Shown: positions 23,999-38,369 of the stretch, piece after piece
Numbering within the stretch: position 1 is the stretch's first letter
Layout of the letters: each line of letters opens with the position of its first letter
NCBI RefSeq assembly: GCF_018977255.1
Contig: NW_024704742.1
Span: forward strand, 107,324,001 to 107,388,000
Length of the DNA: 64,000 bases
Direction: 5' to 3'
Origin: Callorhinchus milii
Taxonomy: Eukaryota
The notes under the pieces: model-generated
Database searches by the model: none
What the model was told of the DNA's origin: nothing
What the model saw: only the letters and a program-made list of their open reading frames with translations
Program-made: the position numbers and the translations under genes

Positions 23999-24639
23999 GT
24001 TAAATACTGAGATGGAATTTCTCCCCAAAACATTGTTGTTAGTGGGATTTTGCTGGTCCCGTTTGGTTGCTATGTTAGCCTACATAACGAATCATGGCAT
24101 TTCAACGTTACTTATTGTGTGAAGCATATTGAGGAACTTCAATGCGAACAAGCAAGATATCAAATGATCAAGTGCAATTTTTAAAAATAATAATTATTCA
24201 ACAGCACAATTAATTGAAAAAACAGGCATGCCTTATGGTGCCTGTGAGATCTGTGACCTTCTTTACCTTCACAACATAGTTTAGATTTAATCCACCGATA
24301 TTTTCAAGCACGGACTGTTTCAAAAAAGTCTGCATGCTGAAAATTATTCATCTTTCAACACCCGTATATCAAAATTACAGAGAGCCAGAAAGCAGAGCAT
24401 TTGCAAGTAACAAAACTGAGTCTCTATGACTGGTGCTGTGAATAAGAGAGTAAAGCTCCATTCACTCTTCCAAAGTCCATCAGAATTTCTCTGAAAGAGG
24501 TCTCTGTTTTCTAGAAAGCCAGGTACACTGCAGAGTCTGTATCAGTTCTATGTGCTGTTTTGTGTTCAACTTCGTACAACAAAAATAATTTGCTGAAAAG
24601 CTATGAAATTCCACCTCGGCGTAGATTTACTCTGTTTAC

Positions 24640-24790
24640 ACAGCATTTTAGAAGATCAAGACTCTGGCAAATTCTTAAATACAGCTTTAATTTTGAAGCT
24701 GGCTTACTATAAGTTCTTATAGAAAAACAACCTCAAAGTTAAGCCTCAATTCTACAATTTGCCAGTTTCTGGAAGCAGCTAAAGTGCTCC
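24640..24790. mobile_element. Second copy of the palindromic MITE-like element
   Basis: ctggcaaattcttaaatacagctttaattttgaagctgg ... aatttgccag. Confidence 0.65.
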
Positions 24791-25879
24791 ATAAATAAAT
24801 TTAATTAGAGTAACTCTAGACCAAGGTAAAATTTTTCCCCAATGATTGTGCAATACCAAGTACAATTGAACCCTATTATAAGGTTCATCGAATGGTAACC
24901 CACCTTATAATGGGGTGTGATCACTGATCTAAGCTTCCTTCTTTCACACAACATGCAGAAGCGACATAGGTACTAACCTGATGTTCCAAAAGTCAGCCAC
25001 GTTTTAGTGCAGGGAAACCTGACCGACACTCAAGTGAATGTTGGGTCCACAGAGCACCCATCTTATAACCTGGGCCAATAGAAAAATGAGGAGATATTTA
25101 CCAAATATTGCGGGGCATTTGTGTGTACAGATGTGTAGCAGAGGAGGGCATTTGTAGCGTTTTCCACGAGAAAAAGTGCAGCCGCACTTTTCGATTGGCC
25201 CAGCTTATATGTTATTAGGGCGGGTCTTATAATGTGGTTTTACACTTATTTTAACATCTGTGAACAGCTGAAAATTGTACTGAGTCTTCACTTCTGCTAA
25301 AATATAGACAACATTTAATCATAAATTACTAGAGCACTTGGCTAGATTTAACGGTATTCAGAGCCCAATGCAAAACCAACAGTATAAATCTACATTGCTG
25401 ATTTACATTGCTCTACTGCAGGCAGAATACATTCCCATAGTATCAGGCAATGGTAATGTACTTAACATAACATGTAACTTAACATGAAATAATTTGAATA
25501 GTACAGCACTGACCAAGAATGTGTTGCAGGAGGTCAGTGTAGGCTGGAAATATGTAACATAATGTAAGGTTAACTCTATTTTGTATAAGTGTAGTTACTT
25601 GTCCAATTAGATTCTGCAAAAAAAATCTATGGTATAAAAGAAAATAAAGAGGTGGTCAGTTTTCAATGTAATCCACTGTTATAGGATGCACAGGACAAGA
25701 AAGCACTGCTGAGATTCTTCTGCCCAGTTCCAAAGTTAAAAAATTCTTGGAATACGGTAGGGAATGCAGTAACATACTTCTTAAAAAAGTGTCAAGGACA
25801 CCATTTGCGAACTAATGATACAGTGGAATAGGGAATGATTGGATAAAAATTCAACTTGGCTCTGGCTTTACTTTAACAT

Positions 25880-26258
25880 AACAACAACAACAACTTGGAT
25901 TTATATAGTGGCCTCCATGCCGGACGGCGTCTCAGAGCGCTTTACAGTTTAGGATCCCGGGGATGAGCCAGGGGGAGGGGGAGGAAGGTGACCAAAGGCG
26001 CGGTTGAAAAGAAAGGTCTTCAGCAGAGACCTGAAAATGGGAAGAGAGGGAGCGAGGCGAAGGAGTGAGGAAGGCAGTTCCAGAGCCTCGGGGCATAGTG
26101 GCTGAAGGCACGGCAGCCGAGGGTGGAGTGGAGGACTCGGGGTACAAGGAGGAGGCCAGACCCGGAGGAACAAAGTGCTGAGGAGAGAGGAGGTCGGAGA
26201 GGTAGGGGGGTGCAGAGGAGTGCAGGGACTTGAGGATAAGGATCTTGAAATCGAACAT
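25880..26258 (-). mobile_element. L2 LINE 3' fragment (second subfamily)
   Basis: FDFKILILKSLHSSAPPYLSDLL. Tail gcgctctgagacgccgtccggcatggaggccactatataaatccaag(ttg)n, the same type as 59550-59612. Confidence 0.88.
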
Positions 26259-27004
26259 CTCCGTGTTCAAGGTTTTTCGATTTCTAAACACGATGTTCAG
26301 TTTTGAAGCCGGTTTTCTGTAAGTTCGTACCCGCTTCAACAACTGAAATCAACAATTTGCCAAGTACTACACTCTAAAATACTACATTAATAAAATAAAT
26401 CTATACCCAAGTGAAATGAGTCAGTGGTGCCTTGGTAGTACAGCAAGGTTTGTAGAACAATAAAATTGAAACTATTGTAATAGAAAAGATTGTACCACTA
26501 TGTGCAATTAGCTAACAAATAGTGATTGGCAAAATGAGCACAGAAGTAGAGTGAATTGTTTTGGAAGATTTGTTGCTGTGGTGACAGAATACCATTAAAA
26601 TTAATACTCAGGAGAGAAATAAATGTAGAGACAACCTGTTTAAAAATGGGAAAGTGCTTCATGTTGAAAGAGTTTTGAATTAGTGGTAAGTGTCTCAGTG
26701 AGAGGCGTGGTTTTATAGGAGTTTGCTATTAGGGAGGAAATTAAAACGTGTAAATGCTTCTTCTGAGGTTTTATTATACCGGGAAGCATTGTAATTATGA
26801 GTAGCTACTGCAGTGAAGTAAGGGGAGGATGGGGAGATCCAGGACCACACCTTTTTACATTTACACAGATCACACAGATGCATTGTATGGTCATTTATTG
26901 CACAGTTTAGCAATCTTAATGCATTATTCAGCAACAAAATACACAGTCACTACACTTTACATTAAATCCTTTGAACTGCTTGGAGATGCCCTCCTGTTGT
27001 GAAA

Positions 27005-27308
27005 TATAATAATAATATATAATAATCCTTGCATTTGATATAGCACTTTTCACATCTTCTCGACGTCTCAAAGCGCTCCATAGAATAGACTAAAGTGAAT
27101 TGACCGGATATTTGTGGGCAAAACGCAGCAGCCAATTGCGCACAGCAGTGTCCCACAAACAGTCGTAGATTGAAAATTACCAATTTTTTTTTTTGTTTTG
27201 GAGGGATTATTATTAGGCGTGTGGAGTAAGGAAACTTACCCAAGGTTTCGCCCTGCCGGGAATTGAACCCAGGAGTCTCGCTTCCAAGGCGAATGCTCTA
27301 ACCACTGT
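27005..27308 (-). mobile_element. tRNA-SINE, short form
   Basis: Reverse complement of the SINE; head slightly truncated. Confidence 0.9.
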
Positions 27309-27640
27309 TATATACTATATCAATTACAAAGATTATTTATCACACAGAATTTTAAAGGTGTAATTTCCTTATGCTGTTCAATAACACATTCTCCCTTTTT
27401 GCCTCATATTTTCCTAATGCAGCAAAAGTGTGAAGAACATTTTCAAAGTGCTCACATTTTCTTATACCGTGTTATGAATCAGACGAGGCATTGACAAAAG
27501 CTATTTTATTATTAATGGTTAACAATAATAATAAAAAATAGGAACGGGCAAAGGTTTTGTTGAAGGAACTATGCCATAGGGAACAAAAAAGGGAAGCAAT
27601 TTAATCACTTTCCTGAGAATGTCATTTCTTCCCAACACAG

Positions 27641-27898
27641 GAAGGATATTCTTCGATTTTTAGATGCAGAACGAGACATATCAGTGGTCAAGAGCAGCTT
27701 GAAACCTGGGGATATAATTCATTATGTGCTGGACAGACGTCGCACACTTAACATCTCACGCAACCTGCACAGCCTTCTGCCAGAAGTGTCGCCGATGAAG
27801 AACAAGCGATTCAACGCTTGTGCAGTCGTTGGAAATTCAGGGATTCTTCTGGGTAGCGGATGTGGAAAGGAGATTGACAGCCATGAGTTTGTAATAAG
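27641..27898 (+). CDS. ST8SIA4: ST8SIA4 coding exon 3 (polybasic region, start of sialylmotif L)
   Basis: acacag acceptor, 258 nt, [39 protein letters not shown]...[27 protein letters not shown], donor AG|gtacgt. Confidence 0.97.
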
Positions 27899-29442
27899 GT
27901 ACGTCGCCTCCTACAGTCTCCATTTCTGCCACTGAAGTCAACAAAGATCCTCTACGAATAGTAGTCTTTTTACCTAGGCATAATAGAAATACACGATGAT
28001 GAGCCAAGACTATTTCTTGCTTCTTACTGTTACCTTTTAGCAGATGTTGCTGCCTATCCTTTTCCTTATTTTCCAGTTTATCTTATTTTCCTTACACTGC
28101 ATGCTCTTGGAAATGAGCAGAGCAGGTTGTAAGTCAGGGGCTGTTTAACGTTTGATGGCAACTGGGTCCTCAGCCAAGCTATCGAAAACAACTTATCTCA
28201 CAAAAAACATTCCCAAATTACAAATACCAGTTGATGGTAATGCAACTATGACCTTCGGTGACCAACTCCTCAGGGCAGTTCAATTCACGAGTTGGTATTG
28301 GCATTTTACAATTTGTTTTTCTTCCATTCAATGCACCACTCCCGGTCTGACCTAGCATCTGTAACTCTCTTGTGTGTCCTTGGCTGTGCATTGTAGAAAG
28401 AATTCCTCTTTATTGGCTGTCACAAGAGTGCAACAAGGGAAATTGATTTTCCCACTGTTTTCCTTCCAAAATGAGACATTTATTGCTGGTTTCAGAGGTG
28501 CAGCAATTTTGAGGAAGAAGAAAGAATCAACCGTTAGCGTTGACTCATAACATTCTGCCTCTGTTTGCACACCTCTGCCTTTTCACTAACGTTAGTGACT
28601 TCAGGCAGGAAGGACTCATGACATTTGGGTCTAAAGGTGTGGGTTTATTTATTAATGTCAAGAATTTAATAGAATAAAAGAACTTGCATTTTTATCCTCC
28701 CATATCATATTGAAACATCTCAGAGCTCTACAGTAATTGTTAAGTGTAATGACTGATTTTGGGAAGCAAATGTATCACAAGAAATGAATCAATATATTTC
28801 CATTATAACTGTAACTATACCTCTGTATTTCCAAATATAAAAGTCATGATTAGGTTTGCAGCATTGGCTGAAATCACAGTCCTTCCTGCAATTGACTGCC
28901 TCGGTCTGTAATACTCAGAAACTTATGGACCAAACACACAAGTTCAAACCTTCAGCAGCTCAGTGGTGGGTTGAAAAAAGCACCACAACATGTAACAGCT
29001 GCTGGTGCCGTGCTGAGCTACTAATGAGCTACCTCAGTCAACGGGAGGATATGGCAATCCCCAAATGGTGGTTTCTCGGGAATTACTGGTCCCTGGCACT
29101 ATCTCTGGGGAAAGGGGCTCATACAGGCTTAGCAGGAAAGTGATGCAGAACACTGAATAGTGAGCCAATCCACACCAGCTTGTACATAGTGTGTCTTCAA
29201 TACTATTTTTAGGTGTGGAAAACTCATTGATCTGGGAAAACCTGTTTTTATCAGAGAGCCAAATAGGGACAAAATATAACTTAGAATCTGACAAATTTGC
29301 AAAACTCAGTAATTAAATGTTCGATCTTAAAGAGATTCGTTTGTAATATTTACAACACACTGATCGAGTTAATAAGGCAAAGTAAATTAATGTAAAGCAG
29401 TCTGATAACCAAGAAAACTAGCTAAGCCTTATTATTGAGGTA

Positions 29443-30460
29443 CATGGGGTTAACTTCCACATGTATGCGGATGACACCCAACTCTACCTTTCCTCCTCTA
29501 CCCTCAACTCCACGACCACCGATGTCCTGACAGCTGCCTGTCCGACATCGAGTCCTGGACGAGAGACAACTTTCTTCAGCTCAACGTGCGCAAAACTGAG
29601 GCCCTCCTGATTGGCTCACGTCAGCGCCTCCGCACCTCAGGCGCTGACAGCATCAGCATCCAAGGCTGCACTCTCCACCTCTCAAAGGCAGTCAGGAACC
29701 TCGGCGTTCTGTTCGACCCTGAGCTGTCCTTTCTTCCTCATATCCGCGCCACAACTGGCACCGCCTTCCATCACCTCCGACATATCGCCAGACTACGGCA
29801 CTACCTCACCCCTCACGCTGCTGAAACTCTGGTCCACGCCTTTATCACCTCAAGGCTGGACTATGGGAACTCTCTCCTCGTCGGCCTTCCCGGCACCTCC
29901 CTCCACAAGCTGCAGGTCATTCAGAACTCTGCAGCTTGTGTACAGTCCCGCATCAGGCTTCGCGACCACATCACTCCCACCCTCGCTCGCCTCCACTGGC
30001 TCCCCATCCCCCAGAGGATCGATTTCAAGATCCTCATCCTCACCTACAAGGCCACCCACGGCCATGCTCCCTCCTACCTCTCCGACCTACTATCCCCCTA
30101 CCTACCTGCCCGTACCCTCCGTTCCTCTGGCTCCGGTCAGCTCCACATCTCCCGCTCCAACCGCCCTACCATCGGTGGTCGGGCCTTCAGCCTCTCAGCC
30201 CCCAGGCTCTGGAACTCCATCCCCCAGTGCCTTCGCCGCCTCCTCCCTTTCCTCCTTCAAGGCCGGTCTCAAGACCTTTCTCTTTGACCGTGCCTTCAGC
30301 TCCCCTCTCGACTCTCTACCCCCTCCTCGCTCCCTCCCTTCCCCCCCCTCACCCTGACCAATTCTCCCCTGCTCGGGTCCTGACCCAGCTGTCCAGCGCC
30401 TCGGGATGTCCTCCTGACGTGAAAGGCGCTCTATAAATGGAATCTTGTTGTTGTTGTTGA
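29443..30460 (+). mobile_element. Young L2 LINE, 5'-truncated, with 8-bp TSD
   Basis: [11 protein letters not shown], long open RT C-terminus, (TTG)n tail. ttgaggta at 29435-29442 and 30457-30464. Confidence 0.95.
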
Positions 30461-33400
30461 GGTAGATAGAATAAATAGTCCCATTTGGAGTCTGAAAGGA
30501 AGAATTGTATTTTTGTAACATCTTACTATCATGTTGAACTATATGACAGTGCTTGAACAGTAATTACTTTCAAGTGTAGTAACTATTTATGCAGGTAAAC
30601 CTAGCAGCCATTTTGCATACAGTATTGTCCTACAAGCCATCAGCGTGACATGCACAGTTTTCGCATTGTAAATCATCCCATATTACACCCAACTATCAAT
30701 GTCACTATTTCTAGCTGAATGAAGAATATTTTGCTCTTTGAATAAAGCTGTCTTGATCTTTATTTTTTCCCATATCATTTGAAGTTATTCCGTCTTTCCT
30801 GGGCCATAGGGAAACAGGAACAGGCCATTCAGCCCATCAAGTCTGTTCCACCAGTTTATTGGATTTTCTCAGATCTTTTAATCCCAATTGCCCCAAGCTT
30901 TTGCCATAGGCCTTAATATTCTACTGCCCGAGAATCTGTCTATCTCTCTTGCAAACCTGGCTTTGTATCAGGGACCATTTACTGACTGAATGGGTGAACA
31001 GACAGCCAACATGCTCTCAGGCATCTGTCAATGCTGCACCTGGTCTGTCGCTAGGAAATGCACCCAAGTTGATGTGTGTTCACATTTTCTCTCTTCCGAC
31101 AGGAAATGTTTGATCTTTTTTGCTGCCTTGCCTCATACTCAGCTGTGATCAAGACCTCATAATTCTGGGAAAATTACATTCTTCATTATTCTATTGTGTG
31201 CCATAATTGACCAAAAGAGTTCCATTGTAATCTTACACTAAAATCCCCCTGATGAGTTTGAAATGAACTTTTGTTGCAAAGCCTCCTATTTAATTCTGGA
31301 CAAAGACTGCCAGATGTTTGGGAACTCAAATGAAACGTTTTACTGTTGTGTGCCTTCTGTAGATCCAATTTTGGATAGCTTGGAAATTATTAGACTTAAA
31401 CCAACAATTGGGAGCCTGGTGAAGCTTATCCAATCTGGATAAATGTGGTAGTTAGAAGCAGGAAGTCTATATTCATTCTTGTTTAGGCAAAGAAATAGAC
31501 CAAGGAAAGCTCACAGAAATTATCATATTTGTAAACATAACCCTGGCAACTATGAAACTGATGGCAGAAATGTAAATTACATTTGGTAATTTCACTCCCA
31601 GACATGTTGAGCCAACCAGACGCCTATTCTTGGTCTGCAGAGAATTAAGCCTGAGTGGCAGAAGGAGTCTTTGATTGGCATCAGTGCCCTGGGCTAGGAA
31701 AGGGAAATAGTCAACCAGGGATCCAGCTCCTGATTGATGTCTGGTGATCTTTGCTGGAAAGTACATGTCAATGAACACAGAGTGAAGACAGGATTTGGTT
31801 AATAATTTGTTCACACTCATGCTTTGGGCTCGCGTGATCAATAGCCATTTGGGAGAAGTATCCAGGGGGGTCTGGCACCCAGAGAACCAAAACCCAGCAC
31901 CGTCAGAGAAGAGAAAAAAAAGGGGTAGACAAAAAATGCTTAAGATCAAAGTTGGAGGTGTTTTTACAGATGGTGTTCTTACATTAGTGGACCTCTAACA
32001 CATTGAAATTTGTGAGGACATTACAGGCTCCCAGTGCTCAATTTAGGAACAATTTTAGTTCAGGTTCTAATCTTGGTTTTAAGGTCATTTTCTTTTGAAT
32101 GCTGGACATAGAGTTTGGGGATAGTTCAGTTTTGCTGAATTTCTATTCCCAAATATCAGTACGGAGCTGGATCCTAAACTTTTAAAACAAAACTGCCTTT
32201 CCCAGCAGTCAAGTTTTGTTTTATTCAGCATGTTGTTTATTGCTAGATCAGTGAGCCTATGGTTTCAAGTGCTAAAAAGTGCTTCTCAGCTGAGTGCAGA
32301 AAATTTCTGCACACATCCCAATATTAGTTACTATATTGACTTACCTCTTTGACCGACCCTATGGTCACCTTCCCCCTCCCTCTCCCTTGCTTGGTGTCCA
32401 ACTCTACAGTTTTGCGTCACTCTGAAATGCTATCCTTGGTGAAGGGCACTTTATAAATAGAAGTTGTTGTACATGGCATAAAAGCACTGTTCAGTCCTAG
32501 GGGCAATACATAAGAGAGCAGCAAGGTTTGTTCCCTGTATTAGAGAGATACTACTACTACTACTAATAATAATCCTTGCATTTGATATAGCGCCTTACTT
32601 ATCACGTCTTCAAGAATTCTCACAGAATATACTGTAAAATGAATTGACTGTATATATTGTGGGCAAAACCATGTTATAAGTTATAAAAAATGCTGAGCTA
32701 GGGCTCTTGAAAAGATGCTTGAATGCCATAGGAAAATTAAACCCGGAAGACTGCTTTCAGATATGCTGAATGTTTAAGATTACGAAAGGATTCCATAAGT
32801 GGATTTTGATAGGCTGTTTCCACTTGTTAGTAAGTCCAAAACTTACGACACACAAATAAAATACAGCCAATAGTGAATCTAAGTAAGTGAAGCAGCAGGG
32901 CAAGAGGTCAGAGTTTTAAGCTTGTGAATGGCAACTTTGGGACTTATTTCTTTATTTCTTTACAAAGAGGGTAATCAACAGCTGGAATATAGGTTGCCAG
33001 ATAGCGTGATTGAACCCAAACAATGGACTAATTTAAGAAACAGTTTGGTTCTGTTATAGAAAGATGGAATCCAAATGGGCCAAAGGGCATTCTTTATCCA
33101 AACCTCTCATCTTTGGTATAAGAAAAGTATAATTTTTCAACCAAGGTAAATGTTAATGCCCAATTTTCCCTAAAGAAAATATTTAGGCTCACAAAAACGA
33201 TTTAATCGGGTTCCTGGCTTTTGCTTTAATGGTTTAGACTTTTGAGGTACATCACATTAATTCTTAATTTTATAAAATATAATTTAAGGTTTGTATTGCC
33301 AGGGTTTCCATTTAAGATGAGGTGGGAAGCATCTCTATATCAGCATTCCTTCTTTCTGTTTGCTATTGGCTTTGTTCCTGCTTTAATGTTAAGAGTGATT

Positions 33401-35464
33401 TATAACAAGACCGCAAGTAAAAGCTATCAAATGTATTTACTGGCTTGTAATGGACTAAACACCATCCTTGCTAAGCAGTTCCTGCACTCTGAAAGACTGC
33501 AGGAGTATAAAGGTTGTTATCGTATCCAACAAATAGTCCAATAGGCTAATAAAAAAACATTCTATGTTGCAGTACATGAGAAAAAAACAAGTGAGTTTAA
33601 ATAAATAGAATCAATGTTATTTGTGGGAAACTTTTCTTGTCAGGCTGTTAGTGCTGGGGGATAGAAATGATTTGCATTTTTATTCAACATAAAGTACTCT
33701 CAGGTGAAAATAGTACCGGCTAAAGGCAGAAAAACATTCCCTCCAGCAATTACCCACTTCCCCCAACCTCAGAACCCCCACTGTGCAAAGTTCTGATATT
33801 TTTCACTTTGTTCTCATTACCCAGTTCAATTTTGAATTTGCTTCTATGTTTAGGTTACTAATTGGTAAACGTGGCACTAAAATCAAGTGTTGACGTGCAG
33901 GAAATCTTACCAAAGGTGTTGACCCAGCAATAGATTTGTACCAGCTTCAAACTGAGAGCTGACACAGTGCCCCAGAACCCTTTGCATATCATGAGATTAG
34001 AGAGCAAGCATAGGCACGATGAGCTGAATGGCCTCCTTCTGCGCTGTGCATTGCCATCAATGGTGCCTTATATGTAGTGCTTCTGATTTTTGTTTTTAAC
34101 TGATAAACCCCCCGATACAAAAAATAAATTGTGTTTATCCAATAACCACTCGAAGACCACTGGAAATGGTTACTTAACTCTGAGGTGAGATTTTCTCTCT
34201 TTCTCTACTTACTCTCAGCAGCATCCTGATGTGCTAAATGCTTGCCCTCTGCCTCTCCTTCTCCTCTGTGTGCGAAGACATGTCTGGTTAAGTGTTTCTG
34301 AGAGTAAGGAAGCACTGTGCATGCGTGAGGGCACCTCTCTCCTCTCCATGTGCACAGACGGGTCTGGTGAAGTGTTTGTATGTGAGAGGAGGGAGGCAAC
34401 ACACAAGAGTGAGGATGTGTCTCTCCCCTCTGTGTGCACAGGCGCAACTTCTCATTACAGTAACAAAAGCCCTGAAAAACCCTGATTCATAAACACTCTA
34501 AAATTGCTAAAAAAAATCAAATTAACAAACCCCCAAAATCAGAAGGCCTACTTACATGCTCACCAACCATCATGAGCCCAACTCAATGTTGATAACTAAT
34601 GCACTTATGACTGAGGTGGGCCAGTAAAATTGCCACACTGGTTATATATCAAGGCGCTATGTCAAATGCAAGGATTAATATTATTATTATGTGCTCCAGC
34701 TTCTCGAATGGCGAATGGAAGTAATATGAAACATGCAGCAGCAATGTTTAGTGGGAGGGGAGAGAGAATTAAATTACTTCTCCTATAAAAATGCATCACT
34801 AAGACATATTGAGCGCATGCATTTCCAGCTCAGACAATAAATTGGAAACCATTCCTTCTGAGATAAGTTGCTTTAAATCAAATCACTTAATGTATCTTTG
34901 AACCCTTAACTCCAAGTAAATGCAAATAAAAGAAAATTGAGTGCTTGTTAATGGAATGTCATATATTCTGTAAAGACTTTCACGTTTATGAAGTGCATTA
35001 GTCTTGTTAGGATTGTTCCAAAACATGTGCACTTTGTATAAGTTTGGTCATGCCTGCTGATGCAATGAAATGTCTGATATTTACTGACATTGGGGTCTAT
35101 CATTGCTGTGTTTGTTATCTGTAGCAAACATTTCATTCCCCTTTTAAATTGCTCATGTCATTCCAGGTTAACTTATTACTTTATCCAAACATCAGATATC
35201 TATTTACTTGGTGACATGGAGCGAGCTTACTTTGACAGCTTCATCTTAAATCTCTTGCTATATAACTCTGTCCTGTGCTTCAGGTTTATCCCACACAAAA
35301 TCTTTGAGCTAGTTATTGCATCAGTCATTATTATTATTATTAATGCTCTCACATGTTTCATGCTGAGTTGTGTTGCCTACCAGGAAGCTCGTAGGGAGTT
35401 CCTGTTACCTACCATCCACCTAGTGAGGGCTCAAACCTGCGTTTGTTGGATGTTAAACGACCAA

Positions 35465-35850
35465 CTGACCTGTCGTGTATTAGTTATAGCACTCAGCTCG
35501 CAAGCGAGTGGACCTGGGCTTCAATTTCAAGGCAGGGCGAAATCTTGGTCACGTTTCTTTACTCCACATGCCTCTGTTTACCTAGCAGTAAGTAGGAACC
35601 CGGTTGTTAGTCAGTTAGTGGATCGCTTTCCTGGGGTAATAATCCCTTAAAAAAGAATAATAATTTGGTCGCTCAATCCACGGCTGTTTGTGGGACATTG
35701 CTGTGCACAATTGACTGTTGCATTTCGCCCATAAAATATACAGTCAATTCAATGAATGTCTGATATTTTTATTCAGTTGAAGTACATGAGACAGCTCAAC
35801 AACTAAGGTGCTAAGGCACTATATCAAATGCCAGGATCATTATTATTATA
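35465..35850 (+). mobile_element. tRNA-SINE, long form (degraded)
   Basis: Head, extra cctctgtttacctagcagtaagtaggaacc...gatcgc segment, core and tail. Confidence 0.85.
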
Positions 35851-36306
35851 ACGAGTGACTATCCTCCTTGGGTGTGGGAGGAGATAAGCAGGGTTTCTGC
35901 TTGAAAGGCAGTACTATTAATGGTAAGCTATGCGATTTTAGCTGGTTAGACTCCAGCAGAACCCCAACTCACAATCTGAGGTTCCCAAGCCTTGGCTCTT
36001 GCCAACCTGTGCCTAATACTTTCCAGAATTAGGTAAGCAGGATGTGTCCTTCCAGGGAGAGAGTGTACATACCGTTCCAACAATCTATCTGGGATTTCCA
36101 TGTGTAGGTGGGATACATGGAATTCTCAGCTTGGTGATGGATTTCTGCATGTGTCAGACACCTGACTTACCCACCAAAAACATTAATAATGCATCTTTAA
36201 CATTTTTATGAACAAGCTGCTGGTGAGTTTTAATCATTTCCACTGTCTATTTATTTACAAATACTAATAAATATGGTAATTGGAGAAAACTCTTCTTTAA
36301 TTTTAG

Positions 36307-36600
36307 GTGTAACCTTGCTCCTCTTGTGGAATACACTGATGATGTTGGATCCAAATCTGACTTTGTCACTATGAATCCATCCGTCGTGCAAAGAGCTTTT
36401 GGAAGTCTCCAGAATGAGACAGACAGAGAAAACTTTGTCCGCAGACTGGCGGTACTGAATGACAGTGTTCTGTGGATCCCTGCGTTCATGGTTAAAGGTG
36501 GAGAAAGGCATGTGGAGTGGGTGAACGAACTAATTCTAAAGAACAAACTGAGCATCCAGACAGCCTATCCATCCCTTCGACTCATCCACGCTGTGCGAGG
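36307..36600 (+). CDS. ST8SIA4: ST8SIA4 coding exon 4 (end of sialylmotif L, start of PSTD)
   Basis: ttttag acceptor, 294 nt, [31 protein letters not shown]...[44 protein letters not shown], donor GG|gtaggt. Confidence 0.97.
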
Positions 36601-38369
36601 GTAGGTATCTATCTAGTCCTTGTGTCACTCGGATGCTGTTAGGCAGTGAGCAAAACTGCAGTTCAGGGAAGTGTGAAATCAAAGCAGACAATTACACGCT
36701 CAGTGGTTAATCTCAGCTCCATTTTAATCCAACCAATTAGATTTCACTGAACAATTTCAGTGTTTCAATCGGTATGATTCAGAGTGTGATCTTCCTTACA
36801 TTAAATTAGGCTTGGGTTACTTAAAGTAAAAAAGAATGATATCTGTCAGAGCTCTTTTGAATGTTGCCACAAAGGAGATCCATTTGTAGCTCCTTGCAAC
36901 GGTTGATAGTCATTCAAATTTTATTCAGAATTGAAGTCTTTCCCCAGCCAAAAACTCAATCATCAGCCACATACAAAAGGGAGTGGAAACTTTCTGGTGA
37001 GGTAATAAACATTCAGGCCTCTGCACATGTTGAGAACTTATCTCTGTGAAGATGTACAGATTGCTGACAGAATTTTAATATGTACATGATTAATTTTAAA
37101 ATTGCTGTAAAGTCTGCTGTACAAATCATCTCTTATTAACTAATATCCCTCATTTAAAGAATGATATGTGAAATGCATTGTTGTACAACGGTATTGCATG
37201 ACAGGAGCAGGCTGACCTCATAACTCCTGAGTAATAATGTTCTTATGTGGGTTATGTCTAGTTCCCTCAGGGATGTAAACACAGCAACTGTAATTCCAGT
37301 TACTCATCTGTCATTTTTTAAAATGTTTTTGTAAAAAAAAATGTAAAACTGTGGGGTAAGTGTTTTGTTACTCATTTGGCTTTGGAAGAAAAGGTGTGTC
37401 CTGTTGAATTCCCCATCACTCCGAAGTGTTACGAGTAGAAATACCTGTGTGCTTACTGGTTTTTCTCTCACTGATTCCATGTTGCAGAATTTTATGGTTT
37501 AATAACTCTCAGTTAGAAGCGACCATTCCGCTGCCCATTTGCTCCACTGGCGACATATTTTTTGGTCAGTCAGGTGTCTGACGTGCGTGGCAAACCCATC
37601 ACCATGCTTCCGAGTAACCACAATGTGGAAGTTCCACAAATGTATAACTGCCGACTGAAATCACTGGAGTGCAGTTTTCCGGCCTGGCATGGAAATGGGG
37701 AAGTTCCAAACACGTAGATCATCTCTTCCTAGGTTGTCTCTGATCTGCAGCTCTACGGTTGAGATTGCACACATATCATCGTTTGACATGTCAGACAGAC
37801 TGGGGTATTTCAGGAGAAATAACTTCCTCTTTGACTGTACCTGAGATTGCTTTGTGCAGAAGCACAGAGGAGCATTCATTGGTATAGTGCACTTGTCTCC
37901 TGTCTCAATTTTTAAATGCCCTCCTAGATGGTCTCCCCAGCTCCACCATTCATAAAATCCAGTTAATTAATAACTCCACCACCCGTATCCTCACCCATAC
38001 TAAACTCCGCACCCACATTCATTTCTAGGCTCCATTGACAAAAATATACAGTCGTTTCACTTTACAGTATATTCCGTGAAGCACTTTGAGATATTTCAAA
38101 GACGTGATAAGGTGCTATCAAATGCAAAGATTATTATTATAGAATGGATCGATATAGTCCACCACAAACTGAATGTTCACATTCCTGCCTTCCAGTTTGA
38201 ATCTGTGCTGGTAATGTCAGGTATTTGACACTTTATGAATCTAGGGGTTCAAACCCTAATCTAGCTCTTCATTCGCCCCCCAGCCTAGCTCAGCTACGCA
38301 GGTTCCTCGGCTTGACCATCCCCCAGCGGATTGAATTCAAGACCCCACCCTCACCTTTAAATTCCTCCA

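Noticed and set aside
24860..25245. Tigger/pogo-like element (tacaattgaacc… ends, also seen at ~5590-5618)
   Set aside because: The terminal similarity is too short and degenerate to set boundaries by eye.
35090..35650. 186-aa ORF in intron 3
   Set aside because: Non-ATG start, no recognisable motif, and it runs into a SINE.
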